From contig CATNEN010000038.1 of NCBI GenBank assembly GCA_950097015.1, positions 19,654,001-19,718,000 on the forward strand: DNA of 64,000 bases, given 5' to 3'. The notes beneath the pieces are model-generated. The model did not search any database, was not told where the DNA came from, and saw nothing but the letters and a program-made list of their open reading frames with translations. The translations under genes and the position numbers were made by a program. This DNA is from Macrostomum hystrix (lineage: Eukaryota; Animalia; Platyhelminthes). Below, piece by piece: positions 61,911-64,000 of the stretch. The stretch's first letter is position 1. Every line of letters starts with the position of its first letter.

Positions 61911-62796
61911 ACTTTGACCGACTATTGATAAAGAAGAAATAGCTCAAAACCAAATATCCTGCTGGGCATCATTTAACATTAATGCGATGCTTAGTTAACA
62001 TTGCTTTTCATTTATGTTAGACAATCAGCAAGCAAGCTCCAAACGGATGATAGGTTTGAACATCCAGATATTGCCAAGTCCAAACACATAATACTACATG
62101 CATAATTTGAGAGTCATTGCGTTGCGTTCAAGTCTTGAGTCCGACGCTCTAACCTGCGATAGGCTACAGCACCCTTTAAATGAAAAAAGTAACAATTCAG
62201 AGCCGAGGCGTGTAGTTACGCTCGTATTGAGATGAATTTAGGATAGGAATCAGACGAGATATAATAGATATATCGCGTCTACTTATTTATTAGAATTATT
62301 CCGAAACGATTTGTGCTTTCGCAATTCATGAGAAAGACTGATGCGCAAGAAAGTTTAATCGATTTTAAAGATATTAGATCAAACCACGAGACTGCTTACT
62401 ACTAACAGTAGCGAAAAATCCATATCTGAATAAACATAGAGCCGCATGCATAGACAGCAATAGACGTACAATTTTATAATAGGACATGTTTTTAGATAGT
62501 CACATTAAGAGACAAACAATTAGTAACTTTACAAAGACGCGGAGGTCTTGAAAATTACTACCTTGAGTAGAAATACAAAAGTTGTTAAGGAATGGAGATG
62601 ATATTCGAAAGTTAAAGCAAATAGCTTACAAAAGTTTTGTTTATATACACAAATAAACTTGTTAAGACTAAGAAAAACTAGGTCGAATTATTATTAAATT
62701 ACGAAATATTATATTTTAGATTTCATTGTTTGATAAAAATACAATTCCATCATGTTTCAAAAATAAAAAAGTTTTGGTTTGTAAGGAGAATCCACT

Positions 62797-64000
62797 TTAA
62801 TTGTTGCCGCCACGAGAAGGCCTAGGCAGTGTACGGTGTCTGTTAACAAACTCTGCATCTCCCGTTGCGTTATGCTGCTCTTCTAGGCATGCGACATTCT
62901 CAAGTAGGCAGTTCAATCTGCCCTTTAACTTTTCAATTTCGTTTTCCTTCACCATCAGTTCGTCTTTATACATTCCGATAGCTTCCTCAGCTTGCCTCAG
63001 TTTCTCTTGAGTCTGGACCAGTTGAGCTTGCAGGTTCTGCTCCCTAGCCATCAAGTCAGTTGCACTCTGAGCAGCTGCCGTGTACTCAGCCTGAAGCTTT
63101 GAATACTCAAGATTCAACTTCTGCAGTTCAGACTCGGCATAGGCAGATCTCTGCTGCTCTGCTTCGAATACATGGCGCAGCTGCTCGCACATCTGGATGA
63201 CGGAATCCCGCTTCTCGACTGTTTCCTGAAGCTTCTTGTCCACACCATCGCAGTAGCCTTGCAGGTCAGCGGCGAATTTCTCCGAGTCCTGCAGCCTGAC
63301 AGTCGCCTCGTTCAACTGCAGCTGCAATTGCTGGTTCTGCTGTTTCGACTGGTTGAACTGCTGCTGGATCTGATTTAATTCATTTTGCGCTTGCTGCTGC
63401 TGCTCTAAGGCCTGATCTAGTAGCCTTTGAGCATTTTTCTTGTCATCTGCCTCCTTGCACAGTTTATTGTATAGCTGTTCAAATTTGCGCTTCTCATCCT
63501 TAGCAGTTTGATCACTGTCATCGACCTGGCGCTTGAGCCTGTCCACAAGATCGGCGATTGTCTCACGAAGCTTAATTTCTAAGTTGGCCTTTTCTTCGAA
63601 TTTCTTCCGATTATCGTCTAGAGCCTCCTCCTGGGCCTGGCATTTAGTCTTCAACTCATCGCGCTCCCTTTTTATACTGTCTGAGTTCGTGAGAATCTGC
63701 TGCACAGTTTGATCAGCCTCGCGACATTTTCTCTGATGCTCTTCCAAGTCAGATGTGAGCCGCTGGATCTCCTGACGCAGCTGCTCAGCCTCATTTTCGG
63801 CTGCCTGAAGTTTAGTCGCTTTGAACTGCTCGCCTTTGAGGTGGGAGTCTATCTCCATCTGCAACTCGCTGTCGGTGCGACAATAGATTTTTAGTTTTCA
63901 ATTGATTTACGGTGTGCCAATACACAAATGAAACTAGTGGATTCTTACTTTGCCAGGTTTTTTTCAATCACAGCTTGTGCTTCTAGGTCTTTGTTTCTCT
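62797..64000 (-). CDS. 3' part of a long coiled-coil protein; last exon 63868-62797, preceding exon 64000-63949 runs off the window
   Basis: 355-aa E/Q/K/L-rich heptad ORF; an 80-bp GT-AG intron (63948-63869) joins it in phase 2 to upstream RNKDLEAQAVIEKNLA. Confidence 0.8.

Noticed and set aside
61144-61953. Poly-Met/Ala, poly-His and poly-Ile ORFs
   Set aside because: Trinucleotide repeat lacking stops; no supporting gene structure.

Overview
This is eukaryotic (metazoan) nuclear DNA, not prokaryotic: spliced genes with GC-rich exons, AT-rich introns, tRNA-derived SINEs, non-autonomous DNA transposons and very dense minisatellites. The style suggests a free-living flatworm such as Macrostomum, but that is inference only. 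I assembled six genes by hand using splice sites and phase continuity: AK9 (+, 6 exons, ~1958 aa); an intronless divergent class-A GPCR (-); TOGARAM1/crescerin (+, ~21 exons, ~1979 aa, one GC-AG intron); a 2-exon 144-aa orphan (-); a 4-exon CXorf65/C22orf15-like gene (+); and the 3' end of a coiled-coil gene (-). Most long ORFs in the supplied track are translations of tandem repeats or antisense shadows. Main points of interest: (1) a ~330-bp tRNA-headed SINE in 10 copies with a structured body containing a 14-nt match to the HDV ribozyme P3/L3 core, although the full fold is not demonstrated; (2) a 1.2-kb foldback element with a 9-bp TSD inserted in one of those SINEs; (3) a hAT MITE carrying a dispersed 16-bp minisatellite, nested in a CORE-like SINE; (4) RFX X-box-like motifs suggesting a cilia-related gene neighbourhood; (5) unrelated minisatellites sharing a TGTCTGACAC core. 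I cannot establish a wholly new biological system from sequence alone.
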